Below, in pieces: positions 1 to 12,665 of a DNA stretch of 64,000 nucleotides (position 1 is the stretch's first letter; each line of letters begins with the position of its first letter). Origin of the DNA: Octopus vulgaris. Taxonomy: Eukaryota. Made by a program: the position numbers and the translations under genes. The stretch is taken from the NCBI GenBank assembly GCA_951406725.2, contig OX597833.1:44206001-44270000 (forward strand). The letters are read 5' to 3'. The notes below the pieces were generated by a model. It was given only the letters and a program-made list of their open reading frames with translations. It ran no database searches and was not told the DNA's origin.

Positions 1-1614
1 GATTTAATGAGGCAGAAAAGGCAAAGGAGAACGCGGCAACCATTATAAAGAGTGATGAAGTGATACTATTATATATATGTACAATAGAAGGCGTGCTTTA
101 AAAGTTAGCGTAGAGGGAATCCCACCAGAAGTTGACGTGGTCTGGATAGCAGCCACTGTCCTACATGGAAATGAGAAAGAGATAGCGGTTCTCCAGGCCA
201 CAACGACGGAAAGTAGGCATTGCGAAGGCCAAACCGTAAACACGGTCATTCAAGCGCCAAAGAAAACTATTGAGAAAATGCCAGAAACGATAACGATAGA
301 TGATGTAATAATGGCCCGATTTCAATCAAATTTTCAACATAGTAAAGTGGAAGCGGATTTGTAATTTAAGCGTGGAAATGGGTTCAAAGTTTGAAAATTA
401 AGGCAATATTTCTGAAGTTGAAAAAAATTTCTCATTTTACGTATTTTTGCTTTTTAGTTTTTATTGTTTACAGTTTAGAGCTTTCATTTGAATGGTCAAT
501 CGTCGAAAACTTCCCAAAATAAGTACTAAATTTAACAAAGAAATCCTTTTTTTCCTTATTTTTAAACGCTCAAATAGTGACACGTACAAAAGGCATGTGT
601 GCTTTCCGTTTTCACTGCCTGATATTTATGATTGATCTTTCAAAATATTTCCTTTCTCAACTTACTCAAGATCTTTTGTTTTTTATAAATGGGAGAGAGA
701 TAGATAAAGAAAGATAGAGAGTGAGAGAAAGCGAGGGAGAGTCCGAGAGAAAGGAAGAGTAAGAGAGTGGGAAAGTGAGAGAGAAAAGAGAGAGAAACAA
801 AGAGGGAGAATGTGGTGATAAGAAACAGAAAGGAAGCAACAGAAAGTAATAACTACACTCTCACCCACGCATAGAGCGGGTCATCTTAAGTTAGTAACAT
901 ATATTTTTGCGATTTTTTTTACTTTGTTTCGTTTGTTCTATGTCCCCACAAGGAGACATAGAACAAACGAAAAAAATTAAACACATCTTCCTTGGAACAG
1001 AATACAGCTGAGTTTAGACAGCAAGAGAAAAGAGAACTACATGTCTGCATCCTGAAGGAATTTCTATGCGTTAAATAGCAGCTAAATCTCCCTGATGCCT
1101 ATTCTATCGTCCTAGTACAAGAAAGTTTCATTCGACTATGAAGACTTAGCTATAAAAATAAAAAGTCAAAAACACTAACATAATCTCTCTAATTATATCT
1201 TTTCGTTTAAAAAGTATGAATAACTCTCGTTAATATAATTCAAACGATGTCTAAAGTAAAAGACAGGGTGGTTACGGAGGGAAAATCTTCGATCATAGGT
1301 CAAAGTTATCAGGAATGATCTTAAGATCAGCAACAGATTTCGACTGGTTCCAGCAATTTGTCATAAAGAGAATACTTCACGAGAATGCTTCAGTTTGTCT
1401 GAATGACATACAATAGGTACAATTTCATATTTCAGAGATGAGGAGCTTGCAGTAGAAAAATATAGAGCGTGGCAAGTCAACATAGAAATAAACAAGAACA
1501 CATACTATAAAGAAAAAATTTCAATACCGGTATAAAAGATTTATATTAAACAAAATGAGAAAAGATTGATCATACTTTTCGATTGTAGCTCTGGTTAAAT
1601 ATATATATATATAT

Positions 1615-1822
1615 AGTTAATTCAAACATGAAAACACAAAGAGAAAACACAACAACGCGAGGACTTGGAACAAATATATCATTATTGGACGCTCAGGAAG
1701 GAATGGAAGAAGGAGGGTTCAACATTTCGAGCGGAGCTCTTCGTCAGAAACATAGAAGGAAAGATCCAGAGAAGGGAAGACGAAGGGAAAAAATCGCTAA
1801 CGGTACACACGCGGTCACAGTT
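1615..1822 (-). mobile_element. Short non-autonomous Penelope-type element with (TA)n end and minimal hammerhead motif
   Basis: Near-identical reverse-complement copy at about 60709-60915; contains CTGACGA-stem-GAAA on the minus strand (1717-1751). Confidence 0.55.
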
Positions 1823-1950
1823 TGAATGATAAACATTTTGATTTCATTTCCAATTTGGAAAACAAAACTGCATTGAAAACTAAGATAAAAACATAAATAT
1901 TATGTTTCTATATATTATTTTGTTTATAATTTAAAAATTTTTATTTCTAG

Positions 1951-1983
1951 GTACTGAGCAGAAAGCAATCAGAGACAATGCAG
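1951..1983 (+). CDS. Linker micro-exon (33 nt, phase 1-1) of Ig-family paralog A: (G)TEQKAIRDNA
   Basis: ttatttctag|GT...GCAG|gtatct; exon and upstream intron are homologous to 34673-34635 (-). Confidence 0.7.
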
Positions 1984-2289
1984 GTATCTTTAATCTTCTA
2001 ACTTTTGCTTCTTTCAGTTACTGGATGGTGGCCATGCTGGGCTATTTTCTAATAGTCTTTGTCATACTTATTCCCGAACTGATACGTTTTGGGCACGTAA
2101 ACAAACCAACACTGGTTTTCCAGTGATGGTGGGGAACAAACACTAATGTACACATCTATACATACATGCACACGCTACACACACTCACACACACATACAT
2201 ACACACAGATACCGCGCGCACACAAATATATACACGACATTCTTGGGTCAAGCATAGACCTATGCAGGGTACCTGACACCTAGTGTGAC

Positions 2290-2800
2290 ATCAGGCGCTC
2301 ACACCTCTGTCAGCAGGGTATTGGTCCTAGTAGACGTTGCACCGAGATCATCTACTCACAATTGGTGGTGAGTAAAAGTGACAACATCCTCTAGGAATCT
2401 CTGAGTGTCAAGGAAGGCCAACTGCCCAGTCGTTTTCGAAGAAGTTTTGCGCCGGGTTCCATTGATAATTTACAAAAATCCCTTGCCTGGCAGTGCTACA
2501 GAATAACATTGCCGATTCGTAATAAAGTGTACCGGCATGATATTCCCTCAGCTGCTCTTGCCCTTGATGCACATTGCATGATGAAGATTTTCTACACGTA
2601 TTAGTATAGTGCTTGAGCATCGTTGATTTCTGGAGTTACGTCTACCAGCTGCAATCACTTCTCGGACGGATCTGGTTATAGGTCGACTCCAAAGTGAAGA
2701 TTGCTTCCTTGCATTCCTTTGATTTTGAAGGGTAGGCAGATTTCCTCCATTCAGGTGCTTATGGTGAAAGATGATGCGATTAATGAGAAAGAGACCAAAC
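2290..2800 (-). mobile_element. Old degenerate repeat in an intron, shared with the paralog locus (about 20440-21300 and 30700-31150)
   Basis: Visible nucleotide similarity, e.g. aaaatcccttgcctggcagtg vs aaaatccttcgcctggcagtg; family and strand not firmly identified. Confidence 0.35.
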
Positions 2801-3376
2801 CTTCATTGACTTCATGTTTAAAAGGAAAGTGAGCGTGGAGAGCAAGGTCCTTTCTCCCAGTAAAACTTACACTGTGGATGAATATAGCAAGAATGGCTCG
2901 AGTGAATTGTCGTAACCTAAGCGTGCCCATGTAGTTACAGCAGTACGGAGGTGAGAAAAACACAACAGTATTCCTGGTAACAGGGTGACTCAGGATTACT
3001 TGGTTACTGTGAGGTTACTTGGTTACCCTTGGGTAGCGTTTCCATTTTAATTGGGAATTTTGTTGTTTTGATTTTCTTCCCATTATTTATTGTTTACATG
3101 TGTTTATGTAAATCTCCAATATCCTTGATTACTGTTTCTGAGGCTGCGAGCTGGTAGATTCATGAGCACGCCGTAAAAAATGCTTGGCGGCATTTTGTCC
3201 GGCTTTCTGAGTTAAAATGCCACCGAAGTTGACTTTACTTTTCATTCTTTCAGAGTCAATGAATTAGGCACCAATTGAATACTGGAGTTGATGTAATCGA
3301 TGTCCACCTTCACCAAAGTTTTTGGTCTTGTACCAAAATTAAAATGAAATGTGCTTTTTTTTACTTTCTATTACAG

Positions 3377-3456
3377 ATAAATTATCTGATGCAAATATTA
3401 TTACTAAGATTTTGAAATTTGCAGCAACACTGCTTGTTATTGGCCATTTTCATTAA
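3377..3456 (+). CDS. Last coding exon of paralog A: (D)KLSDANIITKILKFAATLLVIGHFH*, hydrophobic GPI-signal-like tail
   Basis: Polypyrimidine tract + ttacag acceptor; 80 nt to TAA; same length and stop position as 21773-21852 and 30222-30143. Confidence 0.7.
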
Positions 3457-3594
3457 GGATTTCGGAAAACAAGCCCCAGCAGAATCAAAAAGTGGTTAGT
3501 ATTGTATTTTTCATTTTCGTTCCTTTGATTTTGTTATTCTTCTATATAATATATTTCTTTACTACCCTCAGAGGGGTATGTATGTATGTATGTA

Positions 3595-3790
3595 AACACA
3601 GCGGGGACAAACAAGGACAGATTAAGTCGATTACATCGACCCCAGTGCGTAACTGGTACTTAATTTATCGACCCCGAAAGGATGAAAGGCAAAGTCGACA
3701 TCGGCGGAATTTGAACTCAGAACGTAACGGCAGACGAAATACGGCTACGCATTTCGCCCCGCATGCTAACGTTTCTGCCAGCTCGCCGCC
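3595..3790 (-). mobile_element. tRNA-derived SINE (ggcggcgagctggcagaaacgttagca family)
   Basis: Copies at about 3140-3340, 21568-21740, 30255-30428, 35445-35650 and 56261-56866; B-box-like gagttcaaattcc. Confidence 0.75.
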
Positions 3791-4602
3791 GTTCTTCTAT
3801 ATAATATTATTGATTAAGTTTGCGATTATGTCGCAGTGGAAATGGTACACCCCTCCCACGGGACAAATGGTATGATTCAGCCACTATAAAGTGCGACAAC
3901 GTCAACCAGTACGGGTAGTCGTCTATCAGTCGTTGTAGAATAGTTGCACGAGTTCTCTGTTGGAGTTAAGTGTCAGTTAAGGGTTATAGTCGAGTTCGAC
4001 TCAACAGTGATGGTAGGCGGTTCAAAGACGCTGTTTTGCAGAGCTATCAGCAATAGCACGATAGACGAAGCGATGTATTACTACTCGGTATAGAAGAGAT
4101 AAACTGTATCCGATACCAGAAAAATGTCCACTATAGTAGATACAACAGCTACAGTCAAGACAGGGACCACACATTATAGATATGGAAAACACCACATCAT
4201 AACAGCTTACTGCATTGGTTTTATTCTAAACTCATCGTTACGGTCATTCTTCTTTAATATTTAGATAAACATTCATCGAGCAAAAGCATTCGATTACTGA
4301 ACATCCCATGTTTTCACGGACGTAGATAATCTTTTTTACTTGTTTCAGTCATTGGACTGCGACCACGCTTGGCTACCAGCTTAAACTGTCGAACAAAGAG
4401 GCCTCACTACCTATTTTTAAGTTTGGTACTTATTCGATCATCACTTTTACCAAACCTCTAAATTATGGATCCGTATTCAAGCAACACCAGTCGTGAAGCG
4501 CTGGCTGAAGTTAAATATATACATACATACATACATACATACATACATACATACGTACATACATACGTACATACATACTTACATACATAGGTACATACAT
4601 AC

Positions 4603-6450
4603 GTGCAAAAGGAAGAACGCTTCAGTTATGATTACAAAATCGCGGTAAACGCCAGTAGCAATCCAAAAACATTCTTTGCCCATGTCCAACGGAATTCCCG
4701 CTTGAACAACCAAATTGCAACGTTGGTAGACTCAACAGGCGTATCGATTGAGGACCCTTATCAACAAAGTCAATTATTTGCCGAGGCTTTTTCAACTATT
4801 TTCAAACAAGATGATGTCGTGAACCCCTCCATTTGATAGATCGGTACCTCCAATGCCTCGATTGGTCATCACGCGGGACGAGGTCAAACGTGTTATTCAA
4901 GGCCTCGATGTCAACAAGGGTCACGGCCCTGACGGCATACACCCACGGGTTATCAAAATGTTGGCTCCGGTCATCTGCGAGCCCTCAACACGTCTATTCA
5001 ATATGTCATTGGCGAAGGGTGTTATACCTGCGGACTGGAGAACAGCGATAATCTGCCCAATTTTCAAGAAAGGGAGCTGCGAAGACCCGCTTAACTACCG
5101 ACCGGTTTCCCTTACATCAATAATCAGCAAGATGTTCGAAACCATCCTTAAGAAAAGTATGATGCTCCACCTCCAAAAACAGCCTCTATCTCTGATTCCC
5201 AACACGGCTTCGTGCCGAAGAGATCATGCTTGACCAACTTACTGGTAATGAAAGAATTGGTGACGCGCATCCTCGATGATAGTGATGCTGTTGACATCGT
5301 TTTATTGAACTTTGCCAAAGCTTTTGACTCGGTAAACCACCGCCTATTACTTGTCAAGCTTCAAGCATATAGTTTCCATCCGGATATTGTACGATGGGTT
5401 GGTGCCTTCCTCTCAGATCGCTCCTTCCAAGTCCAAGTTAATGGTTCGCGGTCCGACGTCTCCAGGGCGAGCAGTGGCGTGCCTCAAGGTTCAGTGCTTG
5501 GGCCCTTATTGTTCTTAGTCTTCATAAATGACTTGCCCGACGACCTCATGCAACACACCCTTCTATTTGCCGACGATGTCAAACTGCTCGCTCCTCGCGG
5601 TGATATAGAGGATCTTCGTCGATGCCTCCACCAAATTTGGAGGTGGTCTAACGAATGAGACATGTGTCTGAACGTGTCAAAGTGCTGTCATCTGCCTGTT
5701 GGCTCTCCTCCTGCAACTCAACTTGATTTCGAGCCGGGTCGTCTGCTGCTGGAGAGGACCGATCAGGTAAAGGACCTGGATATCTTGGTGGATTCCTCCT
5801 TTTCGCCTTCGGCCCAGTGCGTCCATGCTGCCAACAAAGCACGCAGAATTCTGTTCTTGATTCGACGGTCATTCGGAAAGCTCACAGCAGCCATATTCCT
5901 ACCGCTCTATGTCACGCTGGTGAGACCCATATTGGAGTACGAGATTCAAGCCTCTTCTCCTTATCTCCTCAAAGACATACAGCATCTCGAAAGAGTCCAG
6001 AAGCTGGCTATCCGCATGGTTCATGGTCTCAAGAATTTCTCTTATGAAGAAAGGCTGAAGACGCTCGACCTTTATTCTCTAGAAAACGCCGCCGCCGTGG
6101 TGATCTCATTCTCGCTCACAACTTCATATGCGGAAAGTTAACCTCTCGAAAGAGCTGTTCTTCACTCCTGCTCCAGAGCGTCGACTGCGGGGTCATTGCG
6201 AAAAGCTCTACCTGCGACGATTTCATCTCAATCGAAGGAGAGGAGCTTTCTCCGTCCGGGTTGCGGATCCGTGGAACAAGCTGCCAGACGAGATGATGAA
6301 GATGTCGACGACCGCTTTGTTCAAAGTCTCCCTTGACCTCAAGTGGCCTGAACTCTTTACATGAACACCACCCTGTACTTAACTCCATGTCCCCCTACAT
6401 GGCCTTGCTTTTTGCATTTGAACCAAAAAATTAACTAACTAACTAACTAA
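4603..6450 (+). mobile_element. 5'-truncated CR1-clade LINE (frameshifted RT pseudogene) with (TAAC)n tail
   Basis: ORF pieces GPDGIHP, NYRPVSLTS, AFDSVNH, GVPQGSVLGPLLF, FADD, FSVRVADPWNKLP; sits within (ATAC)n. Confidence 0.9.
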
Positions 6451-6457
6451 CATACAT

Positions 6458-9400
6458 GATGGCCGTCCACTTGTGACCGAGCAAGACCATTGCCGACCTT
6501 CAGGAACATTGTGCGCTCTAGGACTAACTTATATTTTGCATTTGCGGCTCCGTTGGTGGCTAATGAGCCCTGCTCTTGACAAGCATACACGACTGCAAAC
6601 ATTGCAGACCAAGCTTTCCCCATTCACTATACGAGCCGTGCGCTATCGCGCAGCTTGCTTAAGTTCTTCATGCTGGATACGTGCTCTCTCGAAAGTGTCG
6701 ATCCCCTCCTTAACCTGTTTCCTCCATCTGTGGCGATGACAGGCATTGTTCTCCCAGTCAGTGTCCTGCATATCAAAGGCCTTTAACGAGGACTTGACAC
6801 AGTCCTTAAATCGCAGCCTTGGTTTCTGCCGGAGTCTCATTCCATTCACAAGTTCTCCATAGAGCATCTGCTTAGGAACCCTTCTATCCTCCATTCTAAT
6901 AAGGTGTCCAGTCCAACTCAACCGGTGCTTGTTTACCATCGCCTCAATACTCAAGATATCAGCTGTCCTCAAGATCTGTGTGTCCAGAATTTTTGAGATC
7001 CAGCCAACATTGAGAATGTGTCTGAGATATCTCTGATGAAAACGTTCAAGTATCCTTACCTGACGCTTGTACAGAGTCCATGTCTCACATGAGTAGAGAA
7101 GCGATGTCAGTACACAAGCACGGTACACAGCAACTTTTGTTCTCCTTGCGATGCCATGTTGGGATCAGACACGAGACTGAAGAGACCGGAAGGAATTAGT
7201 TGCTTTCTGCAACCTGAAAGATATTTCCTCATCCAGGGAGCAAGAACGGCTGAGTGTGGTGCCCAGGTAGACAAACTTGCCTACTACCTTCAGAATTGTT
7301 TCTTCAACCAAGATAGCTGGTTCTATATATGGATTTCCTGGTGCAGGCTGGAACATTACAACAGTCTTGTCCAGGCTAATGCTGAGTCCAAATGCCCTGC
7401 AAGAAGCAGAAATGCAATTCATGAGTATTTGCATGTCATCCACTGTATGAGTGACTAAGTCACAGTCATCTGCATAAAGGAGGTCACGAATAATAGACTG
7501 GGACACCTTTGAATTGGCAGCAAATCGGCGAAGATTAAAGAGGCGGCCAGAAGATCGATATCTAACATATATTCCCAGAGAGTTAACCTTAGCAAAAGCA
7601 AGAGTAAAAACAGCAGCAAAGTACAAAGAAAAGAGAGTTGGGGCAAGGATGTCACCCTGCTTGACACCATTCTCTACAGGAATGGGTCCCGCCATGGCAC
7701 CACCAACATTGACCCAAGCCTCCATCCCATCATGAAATGATTTAATTATAGATACAAAGTGATCCGGACATCCAAGTTTGCCAAGTATTTTCCACAGAAA
7801 GGCCCTATTTACAGTATCAAAGGTCTTAGTCAAATCAATGAATACCTGGACAAGATCCATATTCTGCTCATAGCACTTTTACTGCATCTGTCTTGCTGTG
7901 AAAATCATATCCATTGTCCCTCTACCAGATCGGAAGCCACATTGAGATTCAGATAGGACATCATTTACGAGACACCCATTCAGACGGGTAAGAAGAATAT
8001 TTGCCAGAACCTTGCCAGCAGCTGATAGTAGAGCAATACCTCTGTTGTTACCACACACTGTTCTGGCTCCTTTCCTTTATATAGAGGAAGAATAATTGCA
8101 TCCTTCCAGTCCTTAGGGATTGCACCATCCCTCCAGACTGCACTAATAAGTTCATGAAGGGACTGTGTGATGCAATTACCACCAAATCGCAAGGCCTCAG
8201 CACAAATTCCATCCTTTCCAGGTGCCCTACCAAGATTCAATTTACTTATTGATGTCATTACTTCATGTATTGATGGCGAGGAGTCTAAGGAGTCAATGAT
8301 AGGCCTTTGTTTCATAGTATCAATCACTGTTTCATCCACAACTGACTCATGAATTAGGAGTTTAGAGAAGTGTTCGATCCAGCGACCTGTGATTTCTATT
8401 GATTTAGTAAACAGAGTGGAAGACTCCTTGGAAAGCAAAGGAGCTGATGTGGAGCTCTTAGGTCCATAAGCTCACTTCATAAGATGGTAAAGCTTCTTAC
8501 AGTCATTTGCATCAGCAGCAGCATGAAGATCACGAGCAAGATCCTCCCACCAAGTGTTCTGGATCTTCCTGAGAGATCGCTGCAGTAGTGATTTTACACT
8601 GTTATAGTGGGCAAGTGCTAGACTCCGCTGCACAGTAGACAGTTCTCTGTGCAGCAACACACTGTGGGCATGGCGCTTCACTACTAATAGTCGTTGAATT
8701 TCAGCATCATTCTCATCAAACCAGTCTCTGTGTCTGGCAGTAACAGACCCTAGTGCTTCGGCTGCACATTGAACAACCTGGTCTCGAAACTCTTCCCATG
8801 CTGCAGCAGTTTTAATGCTGGACAAGCGAGTCTGAAGCTCTTTCCTAACCACAACGTCATATACCTTGTGGACACTTAGACGGCGAGGAATGCTGAATGG
8901 TCCTCTTCTCTCTTTCGCCCTAATCACCATTCGGAACTTTGCTCGCACCAGACTGTGGTCTGTCCAGCATTCTGATCCATGCAATGACTTGACTTTACAA
9001 ATGTCATAAATATCGCGTTTGCGGACGATGACGTAATCCAGCAAATGCCAAACTTTGGACCTTGGATGCATCCATGTTGTTGTGTGATCACCTTTGTGCA
9101 CAAAATGAGTACTTGCAATGTAAAGGCCATGTTCTTCGCAAATCTGCAGTAGCATGAGACCATTGCTATTCATTTTCCCTACTCCAAAACGTCCTAGAGA
9201 GTTCTGTGTTTGCCAGTATGTTCCTACTCTGGCATTAAAATCCCCCAGTAGAATGACTTTATCAGAATTGGGGATTTTTCTAAGTATGGCTCTCAGCTGG
9301 GTATAAAAGATTATTTTATCTTCATCACAGCTTGTCAAAGTAGGTGCATAGGCACTTATTAGAGTAGCAAACCGCTTACCTTTCAAGTGCAACGGTAGGG

Positions 9401-10625
9401 TCATTATACGTTCATCTATAGGGACAGGGAGCTCTTCCAACTTCTTCAGGATATCAGATCGGACTGTAAAACCAACACCAGCCTCTCTGCGCTCCTCCTC
9501 CTGCCTTCCTTTCCAAAAAAAAGGTGTATCCGCCTCCTACTTCCTCAAGCTGACCATCACCTTCTATACGAGTCTCTGAGAGTGCAGCTATATCAATTTT
9601 ATAACGGTTCAGCTCACGAGCAACAAGTGCAGTGCGTCTTTCAGGCCTGCAATCACTCTTGTTGTCCAACAGAGTACGCACATTCCAACATGAAATGTTT
9701 AAGTTCCGTCCAGATTTTATAGATAAAAGACTCTTTGTTTTTCGAGCGCAGAGTGGGCATCCGTCAGTCACGCTAAACTGACAAGATATGGAAAGACAGG
9801 CAATTTTTGGTTCACCTTTTCTAGAACCTCCTCGGTCTCCAGGTGAGCAGTGCCCTCTCCAAATGGAGCTGCTCAGACACCCATGCAGCAACCGAATCTT
9901 ACCGCTGTCTTGGGCGACAAGGAGACGACTTTATATCTAGCATGGGCCACCTACGTGCAGGTCGCTGACTACATGCTTCCAACCCGTCAGGTCTGCATGC
10001 TTCACCACCTTCCCATCGCCGCAGGACTTCTGAAAAAAAATTCCTAAAAATGAAGAAAATATATACTAAAAATAAGATATATATAAAAAAAAAGTCGGCA
10101 ATGCCTGTGCAGAGTTTTAGGTCCAATAAGGCTTTCACAACACCTCATAGACCCTCTCAACTCTATTGACATTATCCAGAGACAAGCCGGAGCAAGATGT
10201 CTGGTGCCAATATGAGTCGCAAGCACAGGGATGTGAGAGCGCCGTGATCTCTAGCACAAACCAAAGATCCCCAAAATGTTCAATGCCATTCCCTGCATAT
10301 CTGGTTTTTATATCAGAGTGACCTTCTCCTAGAGACGTGCTTTAACAAAAGCTGAGGGGCGCCTCACTCCCAGTGGTCTTTCAGCACGCCGGACACCACC
10401 CCGGAATTTCTACGTACCCGTGCTAACATTTATTGGATGGCCGTTGACTCTCAAGAGGTCCTCCGCCCTTTGACAGGTTTTGTTTTTCATCCCGCAAAGT
10501 CTCCAATAAACACCCTCCTCACCAAGCAAGCTTGGTGGGGTTGCCGGTTTAGTCGCCGAGGACCCGACCATGCAACAGGTTGTACTGGGTTACATGTTAC
10601 CAGTAGCACTCGAAGGTGACCTGGG
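6458..10625 (-). mobile_element. Near full-length RTE-clade LINE (APE endonuclease + RT, several frameshifts)
   Basis: WNVRTL, ALSETR, LGDFNARVG, LDYV, TDHSLV, GVKQGD, YADD, LYGEL motifs in ORFs 9454-9891 down to 6643-7128; (ATAC)n on both sides. Confidence 0.92.
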
Positions 10626-10765
10626 ACATACATACATACATACATACATACATACATACATACATACATACATACATCAGGTACATATATACGAGCATTG
10701 CATGCATACATACATACATACACGTATAGTTTCTTTCTAATTTGGCAATGCTTTCTTTTTTACAG

Positions 10766-10830
10766 GTTATTTCGAAACTTTCAAGCGAAAATTAACTCAC
10801 ATTTTCTCCGGAAATAAATATTTGACTCCA
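10766..10830 (+). other. Probable non-coding 3'UTR exon of paralog A with AATAAA (10813-10818); end approximate
   Basis: cttttttacag|GTTA acceptor and ggaAATAAAtatt are conserved at 28030/27962 (-); matching donor G|GTTAGT at 3494/3495. Confidence 0.5.
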
Positions 10831-11245
10831 TACTATATATTGTGTGCTTTCTGTAGTTAGTGCTCATTGATTTCTGATATTGAAAACATACCTTAATGTT
10901 TGTTTGTGTGTATATGGGTACATATGCTCTGATACACATGAATTTAGAAAGATATAATAAAACAATTTTTCGTATATAATTACACAATCTCTATCGTTTT
11001 GCAACTAGTAACTATTTTCCCTAGGTTAGGAGAAGTATAAAGAGAAATGACATTGTTTTACGTTGACAGGTATAGTGTAGCGGAACTAAAATGGTATTGG
11101 AAAATGTGTAAAGTTTTTGAAAATTTGGGTCAATAAATCCCAATGGAATCAAATTACACGTCTATATACGCACATACACTTATGCAAGCGAACTCACACG
11201 CCTATATGCGCACATACCCGCACACGTCTATACACGCACACACAC

Positions 11246-11383
11246 CATTAAGGGAACTATACTCTAAGAAACTTTTAGAGAAAATTACAGACTTGATTAT
11301 GCGCATAAGATGGAAGGTATTATCCATACAAATCAAATGGGGTGATTATAATCGCCCCATTTGATTTGTATGGATAATACCTT
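11246..11383 (+). mobile_element. Penelope-like ORF fragment ending in a 70-bp fold-back palindrome
   Basis: YSKKLLEKITDLIMRIRWK resembles the PLE N-terminal region; 11314-11383 is palindromic with one mismatch. Confidence 0.5.
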
Positions 11384-11398
11384 AGTAGATTCTGGTAC

Positions 11399-11460
<62 letters not shown>

Positions 11461-11594
11461 AGAAATTAAATATAAAATATAAATTACAAAGTGGGACAAG
11501 AACGCAAAAACACACAAAGAGACGACACAAAAAAACAGACGGGTCACTCGAAGCCTCTAATCTTCAGTCGGAACCGGATCATCTTAGCAATTTC

Positions 11595-11630
<36 letters not shown>

Positions 11631-12253
11631 TTAGGGAGTATTGCTCCAAACTTACAGGGGAAATTAAATTCAGGATTAAATCAAATTTCACAGTATAAAT
11701 ATATAAAATATGAATTAGAGATAAACGTAAAATACTTTTTTTATTTATATTCCTGAGCGCCATACTAATACAATTGTTTGTTTGCATTCCACCTGCCTTC
11801 GTCTTTTGTTTATTTTCATAAAGCTTCCCGTTATATATATATATACATATATATAGCTTTATGAAAATAAACATAAGACGAAGGCAGGAGGAATACAAAC
11901 AAACAATTGTATTAGTATGGCGCTCAGGAATATAAATAAAAAAAGTCTTTTACGTTTCGAGCCTACGCTCTTCAACAGAAAGATACACAGAAAAGAAACA
12001 CGGAGAGAAACATATATATTGTAGCCCACTCTGCCGACTCCTTTAATATGCTTGTGTATCCAACCAAATACAGCGTAGATCAGCGTAGATTCGCTTACCG
12101 AATATATTTATGGTAGGAGGAATTGAGAACTTTCAAAGGATCCAGTGGAGGGGAACCCCAATCAACTAAGCAGAGTTATGAGATATTCTGATGAAGAAAC
12201 AGTGAGCTTGTTGCTAAGCACAATGTCAGAATTCGAAGAGATGAACGTACCGT

Positions 12254-12665
12254 GGATCTTTGCGGTTTGAACGGCAGTCTTTTCTAGCGGTGTCATATGA
12301 AATTGTCACCCATAATTATGTCCCTGGTATCGATCTATTGCATTTCAATCTGTTTTAGGGTTTGGGTTAGGGTTAGGGTTAGGGGTGGAGTGAAGGGTAT
12401 CTTTTTTTCTTCAGAAATGTAAATAAACACAATCTGTTCCTTACGGCACAGAATGGTATTTTGCCTCAATAGACGTCATTGATTGGTTGAAATTGCAGAA
12501 ATTGAAGAAGAAAAAACAACAAATATCTTACAAACCATAGAATCTTCTCAATAAAGCCAAGAAAAAAAGATGTTTTATAAACACATTCTACCAGTATACG
12601 AAGTTTAAAAGTGTTTAGTTACGTGGAAATTATTTTAAAAATCTGCCGTTCAAACCGAAAAGATC
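12254..12665. mobile_element. MITE (TIR gatcttt.cggtttgaacggcag), probably MULE-type; left copy
   Basis: TIRs at both ends; inverted copy at 54050-54455 has a 9-bp TSD. Confidence 0.8.

Noticed and set aside
77-364. 95-aa ORF as a host gene
   Set aside because: No splice support or recognisable domain; more likely a decayed retroelement ORF1/gag piece, but unassignable.
12355-12385. Interstitial telomere (TTAGGG)n
   Set aside because: Only a few units inside a MITE, degenerate in the second copy.
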